Shown piece by piece: positions 40,583 through 50,491 of a DNA stretch of 59,219 bases; positions within the stretch are counted from its first letter, which is position 1; each line of letters opens with the position of its first letter. Both the position numbers and the translations under genes were made by a program. The stretch is taken from sequence record SRR31156797_7933. One strand, given 5' to 3'. The notes under the pieces are model-generated. The model did no database searches. It was not told the DNA's origin and saw nothing but the letters and a program-made list of their open reading frames with translations.

Positions 40583-40833
40583 GATGTTCTCCTGAGATTA
40601 TTGGACAGGATAGGATATAAGCTAAGCACTTTGAGATTACTTGGGTTAAGTATAAGCAAGATATTCGAACAGGTTTAAAAGTCGTCGTAATAAAACCTTG
40701 CCATTAACAAACCAAGCTTTGTTTGACTTCGGTCGAGCTTAAAAAATAGTCAGAAAATCTTTGCTTTGTTTCGTAATTCATGTCGAATTTACTCCGTACA
40801 ATTTGACTGAATACACAAAGTTATGAGTATATA

Positions 40834-40849
40834 CGTGACGATGGTCACG
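40834..40849. promoter_or_regulatory. CRP site upstream of mlc
   Basis: CGTGA-cgatgg-TCACG, close to the consensus TGTGA-N6-TCACA. Confidence 0.7.
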
Positions 40850-40871
40850 GGTATTCGTCAAAGCTCTTCAC

Positions 40872-40896
40872 AATTACTTCGCAAAGTAAAAAAATT
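40872..40896 (+). promoter_or_regulatory. Putative Mlc autoregulatory operator
   Basis: aattacTT-cgcaaagta-AAaaaatt (TT-N9-AA), about 30 nt before the mlc start. Confidence 0.55.
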
Positions 40897-40926
40897 AGCA
40901 GGTTGTTGATTTCTGGAGCGCGTCTC

Positions 40927-42144
40927 ATGTACATGGCTCAACCAGGCCATATTGATCATATCAAACAGGTCAATGCTGGCCGAGTTTATAAACTTATAGA
41001 CCAAATGGGTCCGATATCTCGTATAGATTTATCGAAACAGAGTGAACTTGCACCAGCAAGTATTACTAAAATCACTCGTGAGCTTATAGATGCGCACTTA
41101 ATCCATGAAACAACCGTTCAAGAAGCGATTAGCCGAGGGCGTCCGGCTGTCGGCTTACAAACCAATAATGAAGGTTGGCAATTTCTCGCCATGCGTTTGG
41201 GACGAGGTTACTTAACGCTCGCGTTGCATGAGCTGGGTGGCGACGTTCTTATTGATACCAAAATTGAAATTCACGAAATTGATCAGGATGATGTTCTTCA
41301 GCGCCTATTATTTGAAATTGAAGAGTTTTTCCAAACTTATGCTGATCAGCTTGGCCGTGTAACCAGCATAGCCATCACTCTCCCGGGCTTAGTTAATTCA
41401 GATAAAGGCATTGTTTTACAAATGCCTCACTACAACGTGAACAACTTAGCGCTAGGTCCTGAAATCTACAAAGCGACTGGGCTGCCAGTTTTTATTGCCA
41501 ACGATACGCGAGCCTGGGCATTAGCTGAAAAATTGTTTGGCCATTCCCAAGATGTTGATAACTCGATTCTTATTTCTATTCACCATGGCCTGGGTGCCGG
41601 TATCATTTTAGATGGCCGGGTGCTTCAAGGACGTAATGGTAATATCGGTGAGTTAGGTCATATCCAAATCGACCGCAACGGTAAGCGTTGTCACTGCGGC
41701 AATATTGGCTGTTTAGAGACCGTTGCGAGTTCGCAAGCGATTCGAGAAGAAGTGGCTGGCCGTATTGCTAACGGTGAATCGTCCAGTTTGAGTGAGATTG
41801 CGGAAATCACCATCGAGGATATTTGTTCTGCCGCGGCTGAAGGTGATCTTCTGGCTGTGGATGTGATTGAAAAGTTAGGCGGTTACTTAGGTGCTGCAAT
41901 TGCGATTGTGATTAACCTGTTTAACCCAGAAAAGATCCTCATCGGTGGTGTTATCAACCAAGCAAAAGATGTTTTATACCCTGCTATTCAGCATTGTATC
42001 GAAGAGCAAAGCTTGCCTGTATACCATCAGGACCTTCAACTGGTGGAATCTCGTTTCTATAAACAAGCGACCATGCCGGGTGCAGCTCTCGTTAAGCAAG
42101 CTCTCTATGATGGTTTGTTACTAATGAAAGTGATCGAAGGCTAA
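40927..42144 (+). CDS. mlc: ROK-family sugar regulator Mlc
   Basis: QPGHID..KQ.NAG.VY, ISRIDLS...LAPASITKI, ELGH...C.CGN.GCLE and the C-terminal LYDGLLL helix; ATG 40927 follows GGAG. Confidence 0.93.
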   Translation: MYMAQPGHIDHIKQVNAGRVYKLIDQMGPISRIDLSKQSELAPASITKITRELIDAHLIHETTVQEAISRGRPAVGLQTNNEGWQFLAMRLGRGYLTLALHELGGDVLIDTKIEIHEIDQDDVLQRLLFEIEEFFQTYADQLGRVTSIAITLPGLVNSDKGIVLQMPHYNVNNLALGPEIYKATGLPVFIANDTRAWALAEKLFGHSQDVDNSILISIHHGLGAGIILDGRVLQGRNGNIGELGHIQIDRNGKRCHCGNIGCLETVASSQAIREEVAGRIANGESSSLSEIAEITIEDICSAAAEGDLLAVDVIEKLGGYLGAAIAIVINLFNPEKILIGGVINQAKDVLYPAIQHCIEEQSLPVYHQDLQLVESRFYKQATMPGAALVKQALYDGLLLMKVIEG

Positions 42145-42253
42145 TTGATGTTAGGTCGATCGACTTAGTACATTATAATTAGTTGCTTTAGTTTCATTTA
42201 CATTTATCCTTTCTAGCTATACTGTTATTGGGTTTTAGTTTTCGGAATTTTGT

Positions 42254-43198
42254 ATGTCAGGTGTTTTAAATTCTGTCGATCAGCGTACGAATTTAGTGGG
42301 TGAGAACCGACTTGAGTTACTGCTGTTTAGTTTAAACAGTCGCCAACTGTTTGCTATTAACGTATTTAAAGTTAGAGAAGTGATTAAAGTCCCGCCTCTG
42401 GCTAAAATGCCTGGTGCTCATTACAATGTTACAGGTGTAGCAACATTGCGAGGCGTACCTGTTCCTATTATCGATTTACGACAAGCGATCGGTTTCCCGC
42501 CATCTCGCATGGAAAAACCGGAACAGAACCTGATCATTACTGAGTATAATCGTACCACTCAAGGTTTCTTGGTGGGGCAGGTACGTAATATCGTAAATAC
42601 CACATGGACAGAAATTGAGCCGCCACCTAAATCAGCTGGACGTGCTACTTACCTGACGGCGATTACTCAGATTAAGGAACAAGATCAGACAAATATCGTT
42701 GAAATCATCGATGTAGAGAAAGTGTTGGCAGAGATCATTGATTATGATGTGTCTATTTCTGCGGAAGTGCTTGACCATGACATCATTGGTGAGATGGCTG
42801 GCCGTAATGTACTGATTGTTGATGACTCTTCAACAGCAAGAAACCAGATCAAAGATACCCTTTCTCAACTGGGTTTAAATATCATTGAGTGCCGCGATGG
42901 GCTTGAGGCGCTGACTTTACTTAAGTCATGGTGTGATGCCGGTAAAGACGTCACCAGCGAGTTACTGATGATGATTACCGATGCAGAAATGCCAGAGATG
43001 GATGGTTATCGACTGACACATGAAGTTCGTAATGATCCGCGAATGAAAGATCTGTTCATTACCTTAAATACTTCGTTGAGTGGCAGTTTTAATGAAGCCA
43101 TGGTAGAGAAAGTCGGCTGTAACCGATTTATATCAAAATTCCAACCAGACTTGTTGGTCGGTGTCGCGCAAGAGCGGCTTCGTGAGGTTCTAAAATAA
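42254..43198 (+). CDS. cheV: Chemotaxis protein CheV (CheW-REC)
   Basis: NRLELLLF..FAINVFKVRE CheW domain and a REC domain (VDDS, TDAEMPEMDG). Confidence 0.95.
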   Translation: MSGVLNSVDQRTNLVGENRLELLLFSLNSRQLFAINVFKVREVIKVPPLAKMPGAHYNVTGVATLRGVPVPIIDLRQAIGFPPSRMEKPEQNLIITEYNRTTQGFLVGQVRNIVNTTWTEIEPPPKSAGRATYLTAITQIKEQDQTNIVEIIDVEKVLAEIIDYDVSISAEVLDHDIIGEMAGRNVLIVDDSSTARNQIKDTLSQLGLNIIECRDGLEALTLLKSWCDAGKDVTSELLMMITDAEMPEMDGYRLTHEVRNDPRMKDLFITLNTSLSGSFNEAMVEKVGCNRFISKFQPDLLVGVAQERLREVLK

Positions 43199-43203
43199 AC
43201 GAG

Positions 43204-43229
43204 AAAGCGCTGAATATTCAGCGCTTTTT
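43204..43229. terminator. Terminator between cheV and the AEC transporter
   Basis: aaagcgctgaa-ta-ttcagcgctttttt. Confidence 0.75.
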
Positions 43230-43256
43230 TGTTACTTGAATTGCTTTTTCTGTAGT

Positions 43257-44189
43257 TTAAAGAACCACTAATAAGCCACTGAGCGTAAAAAACGAAAGGA
43301 CAGTCGTCACTAACATAATGGCCGACGCTGTTTGTTCCTGCCCGTAAGCTTGAGCCAAAATAGTGTAGGTTCCCATCATTGGGATTGCGGCGCTGATGAT
43401 AATGACTTGGTAGAAGTTTGCATCCAGTGGCGACAAGCCAAGGCTTGTCACAACCCATAACATTGCCAGGGTTGTGATTGGGTGCAACAGCAGTTTACCG
43501 ATAACGACAGGGAAAATTCTACTTTTCATCCCTTTTATTGAAAGACCCGTTAATGTCCCACCAATGATGAATAACGATAAAGCACCACTTGCCTGAGAGA
43601 ATAAGTTGACCGTGCGCGTAATAGCCTCAGGCAGAGGAATGCCGAGAATCGAAACGCACGAACCTGCGACCAAAGCAATGATAAGAGGGTTTTTCGCCAA
43701 CCCAACTAAGGTTTTACTGAGCATCACCTTACCCTCTGAATGATTGCGTTCTGCCATGATGAGGATAAGAGGGATCATCACTAGATTTTCGACGATGACG
43801 TGTAGAGCAAATGCGATACCCGCAATATCTGGTGCAATCAGCAATAGGATAGGAAAACCGATAAATCCGCTGTTGGAACACGACGCACCCATAGCATTGA
43901 ATGTCGATGCTTGGCGATTTTCTTTAAGAATGTAAACAGAGACATAGTAGCCAATCGCCAGCGTTATCACTGATGCTAGAAGATAGGTCATTAAGTAAGT
44001 CGCATTGAATATATCGGCGATAGGGCGTTGAGATAAAGAGCTAAATACCAGTGCCGGAAGCGCAAACTTCAGCACAAATTTACCAAATACCTGAAGTTCA
44101 CTCTTATTGAAAATCCCATTTTTTGTCGCATATAAGCCGAGTAGGATGGCAAGGTAGATTGGGCCTGTGATGGAAAGAATATCGAGCAT
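43257..44189 (-). CDS. AEC (auxin efflux carrier) family transporter
   Basis: About 10 TM; FALPALVF, NSGFIGFP, KNP and KLLLHP motifs. Confidence 0.88.
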   Translation of the reverse strand: MLDILSITGPIYLAILLGLYATKNGIFNKSELQVFGKFVLKFALPALVFSSLSQRPIADIFNATYLMTYLLASVITLAIGYYVSVYILKENRQASTFNAMGASCSNSGFIGFPILLLIAPDIAGIAFALHVIVENLVMIPLILIMAERNHSEGKVMLSKTLVGLAKNPLIIALVAGSCVSILGIPLPEAITRTVNLFSQASGALSLFIIGGTLTGLSIKGMKSRIFPVVIGKLLLHPITTLAMLWVVTSLGLSPLDANFYQVIIISAAIPMMGTYTILAQAYGQEQTASAIMLVTTVLSFFTLSGLLVVL

Positions 44190-44337
44190 GATTTTGTTTT
44201 GCGCCTATTGATAGTGGATACACATCCTGTGATAGAACTATAAATTACAGGAAAATCGGTATGCTATCTGGATTAATTTGATGAATTTTACTTTTAAGTT
44301 CAACTCGCCTTTGTCGTTTGTGTTGCGGCACGATTGT

Positions 44338-47300
44338 TTAATGAAAATCTCTGGAGTGAGTTTGTAGCTGTTGAAGTAGTGGTGTGATATCTATCAGTCT
44401 TCCAGCAATGATATGAATGACATCGCCCTCTTTTTCTAAAATACCTTTCACCATTAATAGCTTAGAGCTGATATACGCGCTTTTCTGAGCTCGGGCTGTC
44501 GCTTGCCAAACCACGACATTAATATTTCCTGTATCATCTTCTAGAGTGAAAAAGGTTACGCCAGCGGCTGTTCCCGGAGCTTGTCTTCCTGTCACCACAC
44601 CAGCCACCGTGACCAGAGATTTATGTGCGATTTGAGAAAGCTCACTTTTGCGAGTGAACTTACCCAGCTTATTGGCTTTATCGAGCAAGGTTATAGGGTG
44701 CTGATCTAAGGACAACCCCAGTGACGCATAGTCTTCCACTAAGTTTTCAAATGATGAGGGTGAGCTGTATAACGGCTTTTCTTCTTCTAAGATATTTTGA
44801 AACAGAGGAAGATCAGACAATGAATCCATCATTGCCCAGCGCGTGGCGTAACGATTATCGGCAATTAAATGTAAAGCATTTGCCGAAGCGAGTGATTCAA
44901 GATCTTTCTGATTGAGTCCAGCGTTTTTTAATTGATTCACGTGTAAAAAACCACCTTCAGGGCGACGGCGGATTAATGTCTGTCCGCCCGAGGTACTTAA
45001 ACCTTTGACTAAGCGTAAACCCAAGCGAATAGCAAACCCTTGCTGGTGGGTAATGACTTGATGATCAAATTCCGAATGATTGATACAAACGGGGAGAATC
45101 GTAATACCGTGCCGTTGTGCGTCCTGAATCAGCTGAGAAGGGCTGTAAAAGCCCATGGGAAGGCTGTTGAGCAGTGATGTATAGAACGCTTCAGGGTAAT
45201 AGTATTTGAGCCATGCAGAGCAATAAGCCAAAACTGCGAATGAGGCGGAATGACTTTCTGGGAAACCATACTCACCGAAGCCGCAAATTTGATCATAAAT
45301 ACGCTCAGCAAACTCACGTTCGTAGCCTCTTTCCAGCATACCGTTGACCAGTTTAGGTTTGAACTTACTGAGCTGGCCACTCTTCTTCCAAGAAGCCATT
45401 GCACGCCTTAGCTGGTCGGCTTCTCCACCACTAAATCCTGCTGCGACCATCGCCAGTTTAATCACTTGCTCCTGAAAAATAGGTACCCCCATAGTGCGAG
45501 ATAACACTTGTTCCACCTCTTTGGATGGGTAAGAAATCAGTGCCGGATTGTTACGGTATTTAAGAAATGGATGCACCATATCGCCCTGAATAGGGCCGGG
45601 GCGAACAATCGCAATTTGAATCACTAAGTCGTAATAAGTGCGAGGTTTCAGTCTGGGTAGCATACTCATTTGCGCTCGAGACTCGATTTGAAAAACGCCG
45701 ACAGTATCCGCTCGCTGAATCATGCCATAAACATTTTGGTCATCTTTTAAACGGGTAATCTCCGCAATACTTAAAGTACGCTGGTGGTGCTTTTTAATGG
45801 TAGCAAAGCATTTTCTAATCGCAGTGAGCATGCCTAATGCCAGTACATCCACTTTCATTAATCCTAAACTTTCTAGGTCATCTTTATCCCACTGGATAAT
45901 CGTACGCTCAGGCATTGCTGCGTTCTCTACTGCCACCAGTTCATAAAGCGGCCCTGAAGAAATCACAAACCCACCGACATGTTGAGAGAGGTGGCGGGGG
46001 AAAGTGAGGATCTCATTCACAAGGTCGATAAACAGCTGTCCTTTATGTGACTGAGGCTCTAGACCGAGTTCGACGATTTGCGCCTGCCAGCCAAGAGCTC
46101 GGTCACGTCGATTGGTATTTTTGATAAAAAAATCCAGTTGGGTTTCACTGATGCCCAGAGCCTTACCAACATCACGCACGGCACTTTTAAAGCGGTAGGA
46201 GATAACCGTTGCCGCGAGTGCAGCTCTCTCCCGGCCATATTTCTGATAGAGGTATTGAATGACTTCTTCACGCCGTTCATGTTCGAAATCGACATCGATA
46301 TCTGGCGGCTCTTGCCTCTCTTTACTAATAAAGCGTTCAAATAACACCGCGACTTGGCGAGGGTCGACAGCGGTAATTTCCAAGCAGTAACAAACCACTG
46401 AGTTGGCGGCTGAACCGCGCCCTTGATAGAGAATACCTTGCTGTTTCGCGAACATCACAATGTCGTGAATAGTGAGGAAGTAAAACGGGTAATTCAGCTC
46501 TTCAATCAGGTCGAGTTCTTTATCTATAGTGAGTTGAATGTCGCTGGGTACGCCATCAGGAAAGCGGATTCGTTTGCCGTTTTCTACCAGATCTCTTAAA
46601 TGTCCCATAGGAGTAGAACCATTGGGAATCAGCTCGCTGGGGTACTCATATTGCAGTTCGCTTAGTTGAAAGTGGCAATGTTGTGCAATGCGAACACTTT
46701 CTTCTAACCATTGTGGTTGGAAGATCCTCGCGAGCTTTGCCTGACTACGAAGCGCCCGCTCGGTATTACTCATTAAATGAGTCTGAACATTTTCAACTTG
46801 CTGGTTATGTTTAATTGCTGTTAACACATGTTGCAGTGGTAAGCGGGTGGCACTGTGCATCAACACGCCTCCGCAGGCCGTGATTGGAAGGTCAAATTGC
46901 AATGCGAGCTGCTGACAATGCTCAACGTATTCATGGTCGTTAGCACCTAAGTGCCTTTGTAGGGCAACCCATAATCTTCCGAAGTGGTATTGCTTTAACC
47001 ATTTGCCCCAGTCAGAGTCTATTTCCTGATGTGTTGGCAGCCATAAGATGAAGCAATGTTTTGCGGACATTAAATCCCACTCTGAAAGCTGATAGCTACC
47101 TTTTTCACTACGTCGGCGGGCATTAGTGATAATTCGGCATAGTTCTGCATAAGCTTGTCGGTTTGGGCACAGTAAAACGACCTGACATTCATCGTTAAGC
47201 CAAAACATACTGCCTACAATTTGCTTGATACCAAGTTGATGCTCTTTGATGGCGGTATGTGCTCTGACAACACCTGCAATGGAGCATTCATCGGTAATCG

Positions 47301-47409
47301 CCAGTGCTTGGTAACGGAGAAAATTGGCCTGAATAATCAGCTCTTCCGCGTGAGAAGCCCCAGTAAGAAAAGAGAAGTTACTCTGACAAAACAGTTCTGC
47401 ATACGACAT
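44338..47409 (-). CDS. dnaE2: Error-prone DNA polymerase DnaE2 (ImuC)
   Basis: YAEL.CQSNFSFL, GRGSAANS, PDIDVDFEH, FPESHSASFA and C-terminal SRDFH. Confidence 0.97.
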   Translation of the reverse strand: MSYAELFCQSNFSFLTGASHAEELIIQANFLRYQALAITDECSIAGVVRAHTAIKEHQLGIKQIVGSMFWLNDECQVVLLCPNRQAYAELCRIITNARRRSEKGSYQLSEWDLMSAKHCFILWLPTHQEIDSDWGKWLKQYHFGRLWVALQRHLGANDHEYVEHCQQLALQFDLPITACGGVLMHSATRLPLQHVLTAIKHNQQVENVQTHLMSNTERALRSQAKLARIFQPQWLEESVRIAQHCHFQLSELQYEYPSELIPNGSTPMGHLRDLVENGKRIRFPDGVPSDIQLTIDKELDLIEELNYPFYFLTIHDIVMFAKQQGILYQGRGSAANSVVCYCLEITAVDPRQVAVLFERFISKERQEPPDIDVDFEHERREEVIQYLYQKYGRERAALAATVISYRFKSAVRDVGKALGISETQLDFFIKNTNRRDRALGWQAQIVELGLEPQSHKGQLFIDLVNEILTFPRHLSQHVGGFVISSGPLYELVAVENAAMPERTIIQWDKDDLESLGLMKVDVLALGMLTAIRKCFATIKKHHQRTLSIAEITRLKDDQNVYGMIQRADTVGVFQIESRAQMSMLPRLKPRTYYDLVIQIAIVRPGPIQGDMVHPFLKYRNNPALISYPSKEVEQVLSRTMGVPIFQEQVIKLAMVAAGFSGGEADQLRRAMASWKKSGQLSKFKPKLVNGMLERGYEREFAERIYDQICGFGEYGFPESHSASFAVLAYCSAWLKYYYPEAFYTSLLNSLPMGFYSPSQLIQDAQRHGITILPVCINHSEFDHQVITHQQGFAIRLGLRLVKGLSTSGGQTLIRRRPEGGFLHVNQLKNAGLNQKDLESLASANALHLIADNRYATRWAMMDSLSDLPLFQNILEEEKPLYSSPSSFENLVEDYASLGLSLDQHPITLLDKANKLGKFTRKSELSQIAHKSLVTVAGVVTGRQAPGTAAGVTFFTLEDDTGNINVVVWQATARAQKSAYISSKLLMVKGILEKEGDVIHIIAGRLIDITPLLQQLQTHSRDFH

Positions 47410-47436
47410 TGTGTTGCCTTCTTATTCCTGAGTCTG

Positions 47437-48834
47437 TTAACTAAATTGACCGTGGAGAAACCACTGTTTATCTTGGTTGCGAAATACCCATAACCAGCGC
47501 CCTTGTTCACTGTGAGCGATGAAATAATCCCGGGTAATCATGTCGTTATCCCACCAACCGGTAACAATACGTTCTGGGCCATGAACTAAAGAGACGATTT
47601 CGCACAATGGTTGTGGTTCGGGAAGAAGGAAGCTTGGACGCAGTACCGTCGCTCTTGATGAGGAGTATGAATCATCAGAAGGGGAGATATATTGGCTACG
47701 CTTTTCCGGTCGAGGGTCATCACTTAAGCTTGGTTTGCAAACCTGAGTTTGTCCCAATTTGGCCTGTAACAGTGTGATTAATTCCAGAGGCGTTTGTTTT
47801 CCTTTCATGCCACAGAAAATATCCGCTGCCATCTGATTACTTTCTCCCGAACGTACGACCTTGAGTGTCATTTCTGTCACTGGTTGAGAGAGCTGTATCG
47901 ATTCCATTGTTAGCTCGCAGAGCTTCGCCCATACCGTTGCACGGTATTCCCCTTGAGCAGAAGTGAATATGACCCTGTTTTTGGTTAGATCGCGTTGTAT
48001 TAGTACCATTTCGAGTTCAAAAGCCACCTGATTACGTAATTTCAAGAACTGCTCTAGTTGTTTTAACAAACGGGAAAGCGGTTTTTCTAACCACTGGACA
48101 TTGGTGATCTCGTACAACAGTTCTAAATGGCTACTGAAGGCTTCAGGAGGATGATAGAAGGTGACCGGATGCTTAAATTGCCCGAGTAACCGACCGACAT
48201 AGTTCACCAGGTCAATATCAAACCGCCTTGCCAGCTCTTGGATAGGTAACTCGAGCAACGCTTTAATATCTCTGATCCCGACTCGTGCCAGTTTTTCGAC
48301 TTGTTTGTCTGCTAACTCTGTCAACGTCAGTGAATGAGTGTGAATGTCAGCCAGCAATTGCTCTCTATTATCGGTAATACAATTCGTTCCGCTTTTCGCC
48401 AGTAAAGTGGCGCAAAGGGGCGAAAAGCCTGTGGCATACTGGTAACGTACGTTTCGCTGAGCCAGATGGTGGTTGAGTGTTTGCCAATAATTTTCTAAGC
48501 CATCGTATAAAGAGAGCATATTGGTAATTTTGAGTAGCAAGCCTTGTGGTGGCTGCAACACAATGTCGGATGTGATCAGGTATAGCCATTGGGCGATTTG
48601 TTCGATGGCTTTGACTTCAACGTTTTCATTGTAGGGTTGTACCTGAAGTTCACGGCATAGTGAGGCCGCACTGCCTATTCCCATGCCCAACGTAATGCCT
48701 TGCGCTAAAGCTAAAGGATTGGCTTGCACAATACGGTTATCCCGCCCGTCAACAATCACTAAAGGCTGAGATTGTTCTGCATAGAGCGAGTCCAGTTGTA
48801 GGGCTGGAAAGTGAAGGTAGAGCCACAGAGCCAT
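47437..48834 (-). CDS. imuB: ImuB (inactive Y-family polymerase-like protein)
   Basis: MALWLYLHFP start 2 nt after the imuA stop; C-terminal GPERI..GWW....RDYF; lies between imuA and dnaE2. Confidence 0.92.
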   Translation of the reverse strand: MALWLYLHFPALQLDSLYAEQSQPLVIVDGRDNRIVQANPLALAQGITLGMGIGSAASLCRELQVQPYNENVEVKAIEQIAQWLYLITSDIVLQPPQGLLLKITNMLSLYDGLENYWQTLNHHLAQRNVRYQYATGFSPLCATLLAKSGTNCITDNREQLLADIHTHSLTLTELADKQVEKLARVGIRDIKALLELPIQELARRFDIDLVNYVGRLLGQFKHPVTFYHPPEAFSSHLELLYEITNVQWLEKPLSRLLKQLEQFLKLRNQVAFELEMVLIQRDLTKNRVIFTSAQGEYRATVWAKLCELTMESIQLSQPVTEMTLKVVRSGESNQMAADIFCGMKGKQTPLELITLLQAKLGQTQVCKPSLSDDPRPEKRSQYISPSDDSYSSSRATVLRPSFLLPEPQPLCEIVSLVHGPERIVTGWWDNDMITRDYFIAHSEQGRWLWVFRNQDKQWFLHGQFS

Positions 48835-48836
48835 CG

Positions 48837-49517
48837 TTATCCCTGCTTCTGCTGCGGGAAAGGCAATACAGTAGGTGAAGTGAGTGGTAAAACTAGGTTT
48901 GCCCAACGTTCATGCATGGACACATTAAAGCTACTTAATGGCCAACCACCTTTACGTTTCGGTACACTGATTTTCAAACCTCTAGGGCTAGGCTGTAAAG
49001 ATAGGCTGAGAGAAACAGGTAGTGAAAAAACACTATCTTGTATCGAACGGAAAAGAAATTGCAGGCAATTTCCTGTTTCACTGGCAACGGTTAAACGACG
49101 AACCTGATGTACTTCAAGATTGTCTTGCCATAACAAAACCTGATCACAAGCCCCACTTTTTAGACATTGCTCTGCTGCCCATAGTGCTTCTTTGTGATTA
49201 TTCGGTGTCACGATCAGTACATTATCCAGATCGATCCCCATATGCTTTAAGCTTTCCGCATGAACAATGCCAGGTGGATTTACAAACACGGTTAAGCGTT
49301 GATTATTCTGTTTTAAATAGGGATAGAGCAGACGCAATTCACCAATACCAGATAAAGATTGGATCTCAACGATACCGTGGGCTGGAAAGCCGCCAGAGAG
49401 TTTTTCGTCCAGCTCTTTTACCCCAGTAGAATCACTACTGAGTTCTGTTTTGGTTTCGGACCCTTGCCAGAGCCAATGCTTGTTTTTTAAATGTTCAATC
49501 AGTTCATACATAATCAT
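48837..49517 (-). CDS. imuA: Translesion synthesis protein ImuA (RecA/SulA-like)
   Basis: STG..ELD..L.GGFP, GIGELRLL and LWAAEQCLKSG motifs. Start is uncertain (49511, 49517 or 49526). Confidence 0.9.
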   Translation of the reverse strand: MIMYELIEHLKNKHWLWQGSETKTELSSDSTGVKELDEKLSGGFPAHGIVEIQSLSGIGELRLLYPYLKQNNQRLTVFVNPPGIVHAESLKHMGIDLDNVLIVTPNNHKEALWAAEQCLKSGACDQVLLWQDNLEVHQVRRLTVASETGNCLQFLFRSIQDSVFSLPVSLSLSLQPSPRGLKISVPKRKGGWPLSSFNVSMHERWANLVLPLTSPTVLPFPQQKQG

Positions 49518-49531
49518 ATACTGCAATTTAC

Positions 49532-49547
49532 CTGTATATACATACAG
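49532..49547 (-). promoter_or_regulatory. LexA (SOS) box overlapping the imuA promoter
   Basis: CTGT-atatacat-ACAG; on the minus strand TTGAAT-16nt-TATACT overlaps the box. Confidence 0.92.
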
Positions 49548-49669
49548 TATATTTTATTGGTTTGAACATTCAAGAAAAATGTCGCGGGCGAAAAACAACA
49601 AAGCCTCGCTATGAGAGCAAGGCTTTGATTATCTTCTTAATCAGGGACAGCAGCCCTTAAGACTTTTTA

Positions 49670-50413
49670 CTATTTCTTCGGTTGAGCATCAATGCATTGA
49701 CCGTTGACGGCGTGACTTTCTGGTGCCATTAAGTACAGGTATAACGGCATAATGTCTTTTGGTGTTTTTAGTAACTGTGCATCTTCGGCTGGGAAAGCTT
49801 TAGCACGCATACCAGTGCGAGTACCACCTGGATTGATCGCATTAACACGGATATTTGTATCGCTAAGTTCATCAGCAAGAACTTGCATCATGCCTTCGGT
49901 CGCAAATTTGGACATTGCGTAAGTTCCCCAGAAAGCACGGCCAGAGTGGCCTACGGTCGAGCTAGTAAAGATGATGCTCGCATCATCTGATTTATGCAGT
50001 AAAGGCAGCAAAGCTTGAGTCATCAGGAACTGAGCTTTAACATTCACCTGCATTACATCGTCATACGAGTCTTCACCGATTTGGTCAAATGGGCTTAACA
50101 CCCCTAGAATGCTGGCGTTATGCAGAACACCATCAAGACGGCCGAACTGACCGTCAATGGTATCCGCCATATCCAAATAGTTCTGTTTGGTCGCCCCTTT
50201 CATATCCAGCGGGATAATCGCTGGTTGTGGGTAGCCTGCCGCTTCTATTTCGTCATAAGTTTGCTCAAGCTTTTTCACGGTGCGTCCGAGTAAAATCACA
50301 GTCGCGCCTTGTTCTGCGTAGGTTAGGGCTGCTTGTTTACCGATGCCGTCACCAGCACCTGTAACTAAAATTACTTTATCTTTTAGGGCGTTTGCAGACA
50401 CAGAATAATCCAC
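49670..50413 (-). CDS. yciK: YciK family SDR oxidoreductase
   Basis: TGAGDGIG, YAMSK and NPGGTRT.MR motifs; divergent from sohB. Confidence 0.93.
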   Translation of the reverse strand: MDYSVSANALKDKVILVTGAGDGIGKQAALTYAEQGATVILLGRTVKKLEQTYDEIEAAGYPQPAIIPLDMKGATKQNYLDMADTIDGQFGRLDGVLHNASILGVLSPFDQIGEDSYDDVMQVNVKAQFLMTQALLPLLHKSDDASIIFTSSTVGHSGRAFWGTYAMSKFATEGMMQVLADELSDTNIRVNAINPGGTRTGMRAKAFPAEDAQLLKTPKDIMPLYLYLMAPESHAVNGQCIDAQPKK

Positions 50414-50491
50414 GTTACGTTTCCTTATTGTTATGATTTACTTTATTAAGTGGTTACAATACACCAATTCGCATTGAAGAGGATGAGTACA

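Noticed and set aside
40601-40618. Clustered GGA motifs (possible CsrA sites) near the pyk start
   Set aside because: They are on the plus strand, while the pyk mRNA is the minus strand.
48835-48906. N-terminal extension of ImuB
   Set aside because: It overlaps the imuA 3' end. The conserved-looking start MALWLYLHFP is at 48834.
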